Shown one piece after another: positions 1 through 12,451 of a DNA stretch of 64,000 nt. Origin of the DNA: Dehalococcoidia bacterium (lineage in GTDB: Bacteria; Chloroflexota; Dehalococcoidia; UBA2979). Position numbers and translations under genes: made by a program. The notes under the pieces were generated by a model. The model searched no databases, had not been told where the DNA came from, and saw nothing but the letters and a program-made list of their open reading frames with translations. Position 1 is the first letter of the stretch, and each line of letters begins with the position of its first letter. Location of the stretch: assembly GCA_965262725.1 (NCBI GenBank), contig OZ253555.1:1184001-1248000 (forward strand), in the 5' to 3' direction.

Positions 1-6
1 GAATCG

Positions 7-550
7 GTGAGTGCCCAAGCGGCTAACTCCATCCAAGACAAGGTCCGAACACTACAACGCACGCTTTACCGGGCGGCCAAGGCCGACCCCAATAGACGCT
101 TTCATGCGCTCTACGACAAGGTTTATCGCAGAGACATTCTGGAGCGCGCGTGGGAGCAGGTGCGTCGCAATCGCGGCGCAGCCGGTATCGACGGCGTCAC
201 GCTCGCCGAGGTCGAGCGCTACGGCGTGGAGCGCCTGCTGGATGAACTGGCCACGGAACTGAAGGAGGGAAGATACCGGGTGCAGCCGAGCCGCCGGGTC
301 TGGATACCCAAGCCCGGTCGGTCGGAAGAGCGCCCGCTCTCGATTCCTTCGGTCCGCGACCGCATCGTGCAGGCGTCGCTGAAGCTCGTGACGGAGCCGG
401 TCTTCGAGGCCGACTTCCTGCCATGCAGCTTCGGCTTCCGCCCGAAGCGTTCGGCCCATGACGCCCTGCAGGTCCTCATTGACGAGGCGTGGCGGGGCAG
501 GCGGTGGGTAGTGGAGACGGACATCGCCTCGTGTTTCGAGTCGATACCGC
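7..550 (+). CDS. ltrA: Group II intron reverse transcriptase/maturase, 5' part (joins 1413-2206 after the inner intron is removed)
   Basis: RT0-3 motifs: AWEQVRRNRGAAGIDG, IPKPG..RPLSIPSVRDRIVQ, SFGFRPKRSAHDA, ETDIASCFESIP. Confidence 0.93.
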
Positions 551-1412
551 GTGCGTCCGGAAGTCGAAGGGGTGGTGACGTGATGACGTGACCGGTCCGG
601 AGACATGCTCGTTGCTGCCAGCCGGTGAGAGTCCGGCACGGGTAACTGTCAGGAGGCCCGTTAGCAGGTCGGCGGCGTGGACGGGAAACGGTCTGCGTCG
701 AAGCCCGACGTCAAGAGCCCTATGAGGGGGAGCAAACGTGCGGTCCGCAGCATGACGCGAAGTCTGCCGCGCCGTGAGACTCGCCTGTCTATTGACAGGA
801 CCAAGGAGGAGCCGAGCCCGGGTGGTCAGGGCGAAGGCCATGGACGAGGTGAAGATCCTGGAATGCAGCCTCAAGAAACCTCCCGGCGTATGGGACGTGG
901 AACGTACGGAAGGTAGCGACGGGAACCGGAGAAGCCCTCCCCGGCCCGGCACCCTGTGAGAGGGCGTCGGAGCGAGGCGTCCTATAACCGGTCAGAGCCG
1001 GGAAGTGGACAGCCAGCCGGAAGGGTGGCGGAGGGGGTCGTAGTACCGCTGGAGCCGGACGGACAACATAACCGCCGGTGATGGGAAGGACCCCTACTTT
1101 GTCCGTGCATGTTGCTGGGGGTGTGGACTGGTGAGTGCCCCTCGGGGCTAGCAACCACTTGGTAGGGTTCGAGGCTCTCCGCACATGCTGTACCGGCTGG
1201 CCAAGGCACGACCCACGTTGTGGGGAGCGCTGCATGCCATCTGGTGAAGGGCATCGGTGAGCCGGATGAGGGAGAACCTCACGTCCGGTTCGATGTGGCA
1301 GGGGCTGGAGACGGACGCTGCTATGGCCGTGGAGTTGGGCACCACCGGGAAACCGGCTTGGAACTGATGCGCCACCGCCTACGGCTCGCACCGCGCCAGC
1401 CCCTGACCCTAC
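551..1412 (+). mobile_element. ORF-less group II intron inserted in the RT gene (twintron), 862 nt
   Basis: Starts GTGCG at 551; domain V at 1259-1291; ends CCCTAC at 1412. Removal restores the in-frame ..TCG ATA CCG C|AC GAC CGT CTG ATG (SIPHDRLM). Confidence 0.93.
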
Positions 1413-2206
1413 ACGACCGTCTGATGACGGCCGTCGAGGAACGGATATGCGACCGCAATCTCCTGAAGCTGGTACGGGCGATGCTGCGTGCCGGTGTGAT
1501 GGAGTCGGGGGTCGTGCAGCACAGCGCGACGGGTACGCCGCAGGGCGGGGTGATGTCCCCGCTGCTGGCCAATGTCTACCTGCACCGGTTGGACCGGGAC
1601 TGGGAGGCGAAGGGTGATGGCGTGCTGGTGCGCTATGCGGATGACCTCGTGGTGCTCTGCCGGAGCCGGGAGGAAGCGGAGCGGGCGTTGGCCCTGCTGC
1701 GTGACCTGCTGGGTGAGCTCGGACTGGAGCTCAAGGCGGAGAAGACGCGCATCGTGCACCTGCGGGAGGGAGGCGAGGGGCTGGAGTTCCTCGGCTTCGA
1801 GCATCGCTGGGTACGTGCGAAGCGCAACAAGAATATCCAGTTCCTCGCACGCTGGCCCTCACGGCGAGCGATGCAGCGGGCGCGGGACCGCATCCGTGAA
1901 ATCACGGCGCGGTTGCGTCTGCTGCTGAGTCCCCGGCAGGTCGTGGAGGAAGTCAATCGCTACCTCCGCGGCTGGATGAGCTACTTCCGCTACGGCAACT
2001 CGGCGAGGGCGTTCGACGTCCTGCACTGGTTTGCCATGTGGAGACTCAAACTCTGGCTGGGGAAGCGGTTGCGTTGGCGGCGACGCCATCGCGGGCACCC
2101 GTTTCCCGTCGCCGACCGTCTGGGGCTCATCTCGCTAGCTGGACAGCGCGTCGTGGCACCACGGCCATATCGACCGTGGCGGGGCACCCCGCATGCCGCC
2201 CGGTGA
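1413..2206 (+). CDS. ltrA: Group II intron reverse transcriptase/maturase, 3' part (spliced product 445 aa; no endonuclease domain seen)
   Basis: GTPQGGVMSPLLANVYL, RYADD, EFLGF, maturase X-domain NRYLRGWMSYF. Confidence 0.93.
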
Positions 2207-2370
2207 AGGGCATCGGTGAGCCGGATGAGGGAAAACCTCACGTCCGGTTCGAGGCGGCAGGGGCTGGAGACGGACGATGCTACGGCTGTGGAGATGGGCG
2301 CCACCGGGAAACCGGCCTGGCAATATGCGCCACCGCCTACGGCTCGCACCGCGCCAGCCCCTGACCCTAC

Positions 2371-2510
2371 TCAAAGATCTGGTCCGCGGACTTGTGCCAG
2401 ATGAAGCGCCTCCGGTGCTCGTTTCCAGTTGCGACCCAAGCCTCCACTGAGCGGACCAGGCCTGCGAGGCTCGGTGCGATTGTTTTCAGCATTTGCAACT
2501 CGGGACACTA
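2371..2510 (-). mobile_element. IS630-like non-autonomous remnant (one end plus transposase C-terminal fragment), interrupted by the group II intron
   Basis: Minus strand reads CTAGTGTCCCGAGT, then a frame SLAGLVRSVEAWVATGNEHRRRFIWHKSADQIF resembling the IS630 transposase C-terminus (family resemblance from recall). Confidence 0.6.
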
Positions 2511-2511
2511 G

Positions 2512-4430
2512 GACGCTGGTGCCAAACTCGAGTCACGGCGGCCGCGGTCCGTGTGAGAGGGAGGTGTAGCGTCGGGTGGGCGCGGGCCGGGAGTTGCGCC
2601 GCCAGGGGGTGAGCGGGGCCGGCATCGACCCGGGATCGGGACCCCCGGACGCAGGCTCTCCCGCAGTGGCCCCCGCCTCCGTCTCCCCTACGAGGGCGCC
2701 GCGACCGCCCACCGGGTTGGTGTGTAGTGCAGCCCCAGCGTCGCCAGCCGCGCCAGGTTGACTGAGGCGGCGAGCAGGTTGTGGTCGGCATCGACCTTGA
2801 GACGGCCCCGGACACGGGCGACGCGGCCCCCGTGTCTGCGACGGGTCGTATGCGCCACCTTGCGTTCGACTATCGAGCGGACCGTGCGGTAGCCGGAGAG
2901 CCACCCGGGAGTCTGCTGGCGTGCCCGGGCGGCCGCGAGACTGGCCTCGTGGATCCCGACCTCGACGGTGCGGCCCGCAGGCGATGTGGTGCACTGGGCG
3001 CGAAGCGGACAGGGGCTGCAGGCGCCCCGGAAGTGGGCGGTCCCCGGGCCGTCGGAGGCGCGGCGAATCGGCACGGTCACCTCCGCGGGACAGGTGACGG
3101 TCCCCCTCTCCAGGTCGACGGTGAATCGCTCCTTGCTGAAACGGTGATGCGGTGCGGTCGCTCTCTGAGTGCGGCAGCGGGACTCGACCCCGTGCTCCTC
3201 CAGCAGCGACTGGAACGCGCCCGAGCCGTAGGCCGAATCGCCGTAGACGGTCGCCGTCCCGGTGCTCGCCTCCGCAGCCGGGTCGTCGGCATCGTCGTGT
3301 TCGCCTGCGTCCTCCAGCAGGTCCGTGATCAACTCCTCCGCGATATCCCCGTCCGCCACGTTGCCTGCGGTCACCGTGGTGTGGGTGATGAGCTCCGACT
3401 CCGGGTCGATCGCCAGGTGCCCCTTGTAGCCATCGAAGCCGTGCGCAGAGCTCTTGCGCCCGTGGCGGGCGTCGGGGTCCACGGTCGAGATGATGCGGTC
3501 CCTCGCCACCCGCCGCGCAATCACGAAGCGGCCGCCTTCGTCCTGCTCGAGGTCCTGCCCCACCACGGCCGCACACAGCTCGCCTGCCCGCGCAACGCGC
3601 TCGTCGAGCTCCCGTCCCTCCAGCACCCGGAGGCAGCTGGAGACATCGGTCGCCAGTTCGTCGATGAGCGCCCGCGCAGCCTCGCGGTCCTCCCAGTCAC
3701 ACGGAGGCTTGCCGGGAGCTCGATAGTCGTCATCGCGCCTCAGCACCGCCCGCAGCTCGGCCTCGAGCCCGGACTCACCGAGGCGCTCCGCCTCCCGCAG
3801 CAGCCCGCGGAGCGACGACCGGAGCAATGTCACCGTGTCCTGCGTCGCGACCGCGTCGTAGAGCGGCGTCGAGTCCAGCACTCGCTGCGCAGAGAGCAGC
3901 TTCGCCTCGCGCGCCACCACAAGCGTGGCCTCGAAGATGCGCCGGGGGCGCTCGGAGCGGGCGAGGCGCGCCCGCATCGAGACCAGGACCGTGTGCACGA
4001 AGCCCGGCGCGTCGTAGTCGAGTCCGCCGCAGGCGAACTTCCAGCGGGCGTCCCACTCGAAGGCCGCCACCGCCTCACGGTCGGACAGGCCGTGGAGACG
4101 CTGCAGCACCATGACCGTGGCGACCACCCGCGGGGGAACGCTCCGGCGGCCGCGAGCGGAGAAGAGGTCGGCGAACATCTCGTCGGGGAAGAGGCGTTCG
4201 CCGTGGCGGGCAAGGAGGGTCCAGATGGAGTTCCCGGGGAGCCTCTCAGCGACGTAGGCGGTGCTCTTGAAGAAGGTAAGGGGCTGCCTGGAGGTCTCTC
4301 CCTGTGTCATGAGCGAGACTTTCACTGCGAACAGAACTGATCACCAACATGATCGCATTCCGTGACTCAGTTCGCAACGATGCCCCGCCTCCAGAAGGCA
4401 CCCACCGCCCTACAAAAAAACACCAGGCTC
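2512..4430 (-). mobile_element. IS1182-family insertion sequence
   Basis: Imperfect terminal inverted repeats GACGCTGGTG (2512-2521) and CACCAGGCTC (4421-4430); CTAG direct repeats at 2508-2511 and 4431-4434. Confidence 0.85.
2688..4310 (-). CDS. IS1182-family DDE transposase
   Basis: N-terminal GRRSVPP..LSDREA, LDST, STVDPDARHG, GYKGH, YGDSAYG, Cys cluster CP..CSPCPLRAQC, RSIVE. Confidence 0.9.
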   Translation of the reverse strand: MTQGETSRQPLTFFKSTAYVAERLPGNSIWTLLARHGERLFPDEMFADLFSARGRRSVPPRVVATVMVLQRLHGLSDREAVAAFEWDARWKFACGGLDYDAPGFVHTVLVSMRARLARSERPRRIFEATLVVAREAKLLSAQRVLDSTPLYDAVATQDTVTLLRSSLRGLLREAERLGESGLEAELRAVLRRDDDYRAPGKPPCDWEDREAARALIDELATDVSSCLRVLEGRELDERVARAGELCAAVVGQDLEQDEGGRFVIARRVARDRIISTVDPDARHGRKSSAHGFDGYKGHLAIDPESELITHTTVTAGNVADGDIAEELITDLLEDAGEHDDADDPAAEASTGTATVYGDSAYGSGAFQSLLEEHGVESRCRTQRATAPHHRFSKERFTVDLERGTVTCPAEVTVPIRRASDGPGTAHFRGACSPCPLRAQCTTSPAGRTVEVGIHEASLAAARARQQTPGWLSGYRTVRSIVERKVAHTTRRRHGGRVARVRGRLKVDADHNLLAASVNLARLATLGLHYTPTRWAVAAPS

Positions 4431-5444
4431 CTAGGAGATGCCGCGCTCCGCGAAGAGTGCGCAGAGGTCGGCGATGCGGCAGGCGTAGCCCCACTCGTTG
4501 TCGTACCAGCCGATCGTCTTCGCCATTCTCCCGTCCACGATCATCGTCGCCGGCGCGTCGAAGATCGCGGAGGCCGGGTGCTCGCGGAAGTCGGAGGAGA
4601 CGAGCTCGTCGCGCTCGTAGTAGAGGTAGCCTTTCATCGGCCCCTCGGCGGCCGCGAGGAACGCCTCATTGATAGCTCCCTCGGAGACGCTCTGCTCCAG
4701 GTCGGCGACGAGGTCCACGACGGAGACCGTCGCGGTCGGGACCCGGAAGGCGACGCCGTTGATCTTTCCGGTGAGCTCCGGGATCACCTTCCCCACGGCG
4801 CTCGCCGCTCCCGTTGAGGTCGGGATGATGTTGTTGGCCGCGGCCCTCGCCCGACGGAAATCCTTGTGCTTCGCGTCCACGAGATTCTGATCGCGCGTGT
4901 AGGAGTGGATCGTGGACAGGAAGGCGCGCTCGATGCCGAACCCGTCGTGCAGCACCTTCACCATCGGTACAACGCAGTTCGTCGTGCACGAGCCCGCCGA
5001 GACGACGTGGTGGCGGGCCGGGTCGTACTCGTCGTGGTTGACGCCGACGATGACCGTCCAGTCCTCGTTCCTCGCCGGGGCGGTGATCAGCACCTTCTTC
5101 ACCGAATCGCGGATGTGGACCGCCGCCTTCGGGCCGTCCCGGAACGCCCCCGTCGACTCCACGACGACGTCCACACCAAGCTCGCCCCACGGTATCTGCG
5201 CGGGATCCTCCTGTTGCAGCACCCGGACCTCATGCGCCCCGTCGATCACGAAGCGATCGGCAGAGTCCTCGATCGGCGCAGGGAAGCGGCCATAGACGCT
5301 GTCGTAGCGCAGCAGGTGGGCGTGCATGTCGGCCGGTGTGCGCCCGTTGATCGCTACGACCTGAAAGTCGTCCCGGTGGTGGATATACCAGGAGCGCAGC
5401 GCGAGCCGCCCGATGCGTCCGAAGCCGTTAATGCCGACCCTCAT
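4431..5444 (-). CDS. gap: Type I glyceraldehyde-3-phosphate dehydrogenase
   Basis: GINGFGRIGR, SCTTNC, IIPTSTGAA, WYDNEWGY. Confidence 0.98.
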   Translation of the reverse strand: MRVGINGFGRIGRLALRSWYIHHRDDFQVVAINGRTPADMHAHLLRYDSVYGRFPAPIEDSADRFVIDGAHEVRVLQQEDPAQIPWGELGVDVVVESTGAFRDGPKAAVHIRDSVKKVLITAPARNEDWTVIVGVNHDEYDPARHHVVSAGSCTTNCVVPMVKVLHDGFGIERAFLSTIHSYTRDQNLVDAKHKDFRRARAAANNIIPTSTGAASAVGKVIPELTGKINGVAFRVPTATVSVVDLVADLEQSVSEGAINEAFLAAAEGPMKGYLYYERDELVSSDFREHPASAIFDAPATMIVDGRMAKTIGWYDNEWGYACRIADLCALFAERGIS

Positions 5445-5622
5445 CGTCACCCTCTCCGTGGCCCTGCGCCCCGGGTGCGTGTCGATTCTACCGCCGGGGC
5501 GGCGGATGCACGCGCACGCGGCCCCGGCCGCCAGTGTCTCCGCTCCCGCCCGGCTCGACCCCCGGTGCGCGAGCCCGGCGTGCCGGTGCCCTGGCCGGAC
5601 GGGGAGGCCGTGGGCCGCGACG

Positions 5623-8976
<3,354 letters not shown>

Positions 8977-9116
8977 GCCGTCCCCCTCTGCACCGGACAC
9001 GTAGACGGGCACGCCGCCGAGGTGCGGGGAGTATACACATGCCGCACTCAGCCCTGCGCCCGCCCGATCCGCCCGCGTCGTCCGGCGGTCGCGGCGCATC
9101 CGGGCGATGGCCGGGG

Positions 9117-9842
9117 TCACAGCGGGGGCTCGCTGGCGTCGCGGTCGTAGCCGCCGCGCCCGTAGCCGCCCCGCCCGAGGAGAGGCACGAAGCGCACGCC
9201 GCCGAGGCTGCGGCGCTCGATCGCGTCCCGCCGGCGGGTGAGCAGCCAGAGCTCTTGCCCTCCGAGGGGGCCGACCGGGATGACCAGTCGTCCCCCGTCG
9301 GCAAGCTGGTCGATGAGCGGCGGCGGAACGGCGGGCGCGGCGGCCGCGACGAGGATGGCGTCGAACGGCGCGAGCGCCGGCGCGCCGGGCTCCTCGCCAG
9401 CCGCCAGCACGCCGACATGATCCAGGCCGAGGTGCTCGAGCGTCGCCGCGGCCCGCCGGCGCAGCGCATCGACGATCTCAACGGTGACGACATCGCGCGC
9501 GAGCCGGGCGACGACGGCCGCCTGGTAACCCGATCCGGTGCCGACCTCGAGCACGCGGTCGGAGGGCTTCAGCGCGAGCGCCTCGGTCATCACCCCGACG
9601 ATCAGCGGCTGCGAGATGGTCTGCCTGTGGCCGATCGCGAGTGCCCGATCGGCGTAGGCGTTGCGGCGGACCTCTTGGGGGACGAACTCGTGCCGTGGCA
9701 CCGACCGCATCGCCGCCAGCACGCGCGAGTCGCGCACGACCTCGGCGACGCGCGCAACCATGCGCGCGCGCCGCTCGGCGAACGCCGGCTCCTCGTCGCC
9801 GTTCGCCGGGACTGTCCGGTCGTCGGATCTCCGCCCGCTCAC
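9117..9842 (-). CDS. pcm: Protein-L-isoaspartate O-methyltransferase
   Basis: QTISQP, VLEVGTGSGYQAA, GGRLVIPVG, VRFVPL. Confidence 0.95.
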   Translation of the reverse strand: MSGRRSDDRTVPANGDEEPAFAERRARMVARVAEVVRDSRVLAAMRSVPRHEFVPQEVRRNAYADRALAIGHRQTISQPLIVGVMTEALALKPSDRVLEVGTGSGYQAAVVARLARDVVTVEIVDALRRRAAATLEHLGLDHVGVLAAGEEPGAPALAPFDAILVAAAAPAVPPPLIDQLADGGRLVIPVGPLGGQELWLLTRRRDAIERRSLGGVRFVPLLGRGGYGRGGYDRDASEPPL

Positions 9843-9881
9843 GCTCCCATTGTGCGCCGACGCCGGGCCCTTGGCTGCGTC

Positions 9882-11768
9882 CTACAGCGAGCGCTTGACC
9901 GCCTCGGCGAGCCTGCGCGTGAATCCGACGGTGGCCGCGATCTCGTCGACCGAGGCGTCGCGCACGCCGCGCACGGTCCCGAAGCGGCGCAGCAGCGCCC
10001 GCTTCCGCTTCGGCCCGACGCCGAGGATCGAGTCGAGGGCGGAGCGCGTCTGCGAGCGGCCGCGCAGCGAGCGGTGATAGGTGACGGCGAAGCGGTGGGC
10101 CTCGTCGCGCACGCGCTGGACGAGGTAGAGCGCCTCCGAGTTCCGCGGGAGGCGGATCGGTTCGTCGAGGTCGGCGACGTAGATCTCCTCCTCGCGCTTG
10201 GCGAGGCCGCAGACGGGAATCGAGCCGAGCCCGAGGTCGCGCAGCAGGTCGAGCGCGGCCCCGAGTTGCCCCTTTCCACCGTCGATGATGACGAGGTCGG
10301 GGACTGCATCCCACGGTGAGCCCTCGCCGGGCGCGGTCGCGGTCGGCCGTGTAGGGCGACCCGCGCGCTCCCGGATGGCGATGGCATCGGGGGTGGCGAG
10401 GTGGCGGAAACGCCGCTCGATCACCTCGCGCATGGAGGCGAAGTCGTCTTGCCCGGCAACGGTGCGGATCCGGAAGCGCCGGTACTGCTGTGGGCGGGCG
10501 CTCCCCTCCTCGAACACGACCATGGACGCGACCGTGTTCGTGCCCTGGATCGTCGATATGTCGTAGCACTCGATGCGTTGCGGCCGGGCGGGGAGGTCGA
10601 GCTCCTCCTCGAGCAGCGAGAGCGCCTGCTCGGTCTTGTCGCGGTCGGCGAGCCAGCGCGCGTGGTGCATCGAGAGCGCCTGCCGAGCGTTCTCCTCGGT
10701 TGTCTCTACGAGGCGGCGGCGCTCACCCCGCACCGGAACCACCAGTTCGACGGCCCCGCCGCGGCGCTCGCGGAGCGCAGCCACCAGTCCCTCCTGGTCG
10801 GCTGGCTCGGTCGAGAGCAGCACCGTGCGGGGCACGTAGGTGGCGGACTCGTAGTACTGCGCGAGGAACGCTCCGAGCACCTCCGGGTCGCCCGCCTCGC
10901 TGGTGCCGTCGAGCGTGAAGGAGTCCGTGTCGGCGACCACAGTGCCCCGCGCGAAGAAGACCTGGACGCAAGCCTCGTCGCCTTCCCGGGCCAGTGCGAA
11001 GACATCCGCGTCGAGGGCGGTCGTGGTCGCCATTTGGCGTCGCTCCCCGGTCACGCGCTCGATCGACTCGATCTGGTCGCGGACGCGCGCGGCGCGCTCG
11101 AACTGGAGCCCCTCCGCTGCCTCCGCCATCTCCTCGCGGAGCCGCGCCACCACCTCGGAGGAGCGCCCCTCCAGGAAGAGCACGGTCTGGCGGATGACCT
11201 CGTGGTACTCGTCGGCGCTGCAGTAGCCGGTGCACGGCGCGACGCAGCGCTTGATGTAGTAGTCGAGGCAGGGCCGCGGATCGGAGCCGGTGATGGTCTT
11301 CGTGCACGAGCGCCACGGGAAGAGCTTCTTCACGACATCGAGCGTCCGGCGGACGGATCCGGCGGAAGCGTAGGGGCCGAAGTAGCGCGCCCCGTCATTC
11401 TCGACGCGGCGCGTGATCGTCACCCGCGGCCAGGGACTCCCGACGTCGACCTTGAGGTAGGGGTAGCGCTTGTCGTCCTTGAGCCGAACGTTGTACGGCG
11501 GCTGGTGCCGCTTGATCAGCGTGGCTTCGAGCAGCAACGCCTCGGCCTCGGAGCGAGTCACGACGTGATCGATGGTGAGCACCTGCTCGGCGAGCGTCCG
11601 CATCCTCGGTTCGAGGCTGCGCGACGACCCGAAGTAGGAGCGGACCCGCGTGCGCAGCTGCTTCGCCTTGCCGACGTAGATCACCTCGCCAGAGGCGTCA
11701 CGCATGAGGTAGACGCCCGGGCTCGTCGGGAGCGTTCGCACCTGCGAAAGGACGCCCGCGTCGGTCAT
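9882..11768 (-). CDS. uvrC: Excinuclease ABC subunit C
   Basis: GIY-YIG (PGVYLM..YVGKAK), UVR domain, RIECYDIS, IDGGKGQL, RDEAHRFA, HhH. Confidence 0.97.
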   Translation of the reverse strand: MTDAGVLSQVRTLPTSPGVYLMRDASGEVIYVGKAKQLRTRVRSYFGSSRSLEPRMRTLAEQVLTIDHVVTRSEAEALLLEATLIKRHQPPYNVRLKDDKRYPYLKVDVGSPWPRVTITRRVENDGARYFGPYASAGSVRRTLDVVKKLFPWRSCTKTITGSDPRPCLDYYIKRCVAPCTGYCSADEYHEVIRQTVLFLEGRSSEVVARLREEMAEAAEGLQFERAARVRDQIESIERVTGERRQMATTTALDADVFALAREGDEACVQVFFARGTVVADTDSFTLDGTSEAGDPEVLGAFLAQYYESATYVPRTVLLSTEPADQEGLVAALRERRGGAVELVVPVRGERRRLVETTEENARQALSMHHARWLADRDKTEQALSLLEEELDLPARPQRIECYDISTIQGTNTVASMVVFEEGSARPQQYRRFRIRTVAGQDDFASMREVIERRFRHLATPDAIAIRERAGRPTRPTATAPGEGSPWDAVPDLVIIDGGKGQLGAALDLLRDLGLGSIPVCGLAKREEEIYVADLDEPIRLPRNSEALYLVQRVRDEAHRFAVTYHRSLRGRSQTRSALDSILGVGPKRKRALLRRFGTVRGVRDASVDEIAATVGFTRRLAEAVKRSL

Positions 11769-11924
11769 GGGCGGATCGTAGCGTCTTTCACCCGCGGGAG
11801 GCGCTCGGGAGCGCCGGGCCCGTGTGCCGGCCGGGATCGGCTGCATGGGGACGGCAATTCGCGGGGACGCGCCCCCCGCCTGCGGCCCCTCCCGGCGCGG
11901 GCGTTGTGCCCGGAGGTGGAGGAT

Positions 11925-11988
11925 CGGCCTCACGGCCTCACGGCCTCACGGCCTCACGGCCTCACGGCCTCACGTCCCCACGTCCCCG
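11925..11988. repeat. 8-bp tandem repeat (CGGCCTCA)x6 plus 2 degenerate units
   Basis: Directly visible in the divergent uvrC/tRNA intergenic region. Confidence 0.95.
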
Positions 11989-12002
11989 CGCGTCGCGCGG
12001 CG

Positions 12003-12032
12003 TTGAACGCGCGGCGCGGCGGGGTCTACGAT
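12003..12032 (+). promoter_or_regulatory. Putative sigma70 promoter of the tRNA cluster
   Basis: TTGAAC-N18-TACGAT about 30 nt upstream of tRNA-Val. Confidence 0.5.
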
Positions 12033-12062
12033 GGTCGGACGCTGGGCCCGAGTCGGTCCGAT

Positions 12063-12139
12063 GGGCGGTTAGCTCAGTTGGTACGAGCGCTCGCTTCACA
12101 CGCGAGAGGTCACTGGTTCAAGTCCAGTACCGCCCACCA
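12063..12139 (+). tRNA. tRNA-Val(CAC)
   Basis: Cloverleaf; anticodon arm CTCGC-TT CAC AC-GCGAG; TTCAA T-loop; encoded CCA. Confidence 0.97.
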
Positions 12140-12177
12140 TCGAGGCTCAATCGAAGCGGGGGTGGCTGGTCGGACGT

Positions 12178-12265
12178 GCCGAAGTGGCGGAATCGGTAGA
12201 CGCGCTACGTTCAGGGCGTAGTGAGCCTTGCGCTCGTGTGAGTTCGAGTCTCACCTTCGGCACCA
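12178..12265 (+). tRNA. tRNA-Leu(CAG)
   Basis: Anticodon arm CTACG-TT CAG GG-CGTAG; long variable arm; encoded CCA. Confidence 0.97.
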
Positions 12266-12299
12266 TCGCCACCGCGCCTGCGAGTCGGGATAGGTACGA

Positions 12300-12375
12300 G
12301 CGCCCGTAGCTCAGTGGATAGAGCGCAGCCCTGCGGAGGCTGAGGCCGAAGGTTCGAATCCTTCCGGGCGTACCA
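12300..12375 (+). tRNA. tRNA-Arg(GCG)
   Basis: Anticodon arm CAGCC-CT GCG GA-GGCTG; D-loop AGTGGATA; encoded CCA. Confidence 0.95.
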
Positions 12376-12451
12376 CCTTCACCGTCACACGCCGCCACCG
12401 CCCGCTCCGCTACGATGGCGCGGGGACGAGATGGACGGAGAGGGGCGCGCG

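Larger units (their letters stand above)
1..2370 (+). mobile_element. Group II intron (outer, RT-encoding); 5' end lies upstream of the window
   Basis: RT/maturase ORF; domain V GAGCCGGATGAGGGAAAACCTCACGTCCGGTTC at 2218-2250; domain VI stem GCAGGGGCTGG...CCAGCCCCTGACC; typical 3' end CCCTAC at 2370. Confidence 0.93.

Noticed and set aside
7-2206. RT as a frameshifted pseudogene or as two separate RT genes
   Set aside because: The intervening 862 nt has intron ends and DV/DVI, and its removal gives one continuous ORF.
11925-11988. CRISPR array
   Set aside because: Contiguous 8-bp units with no spacers; no cas genes in the window.
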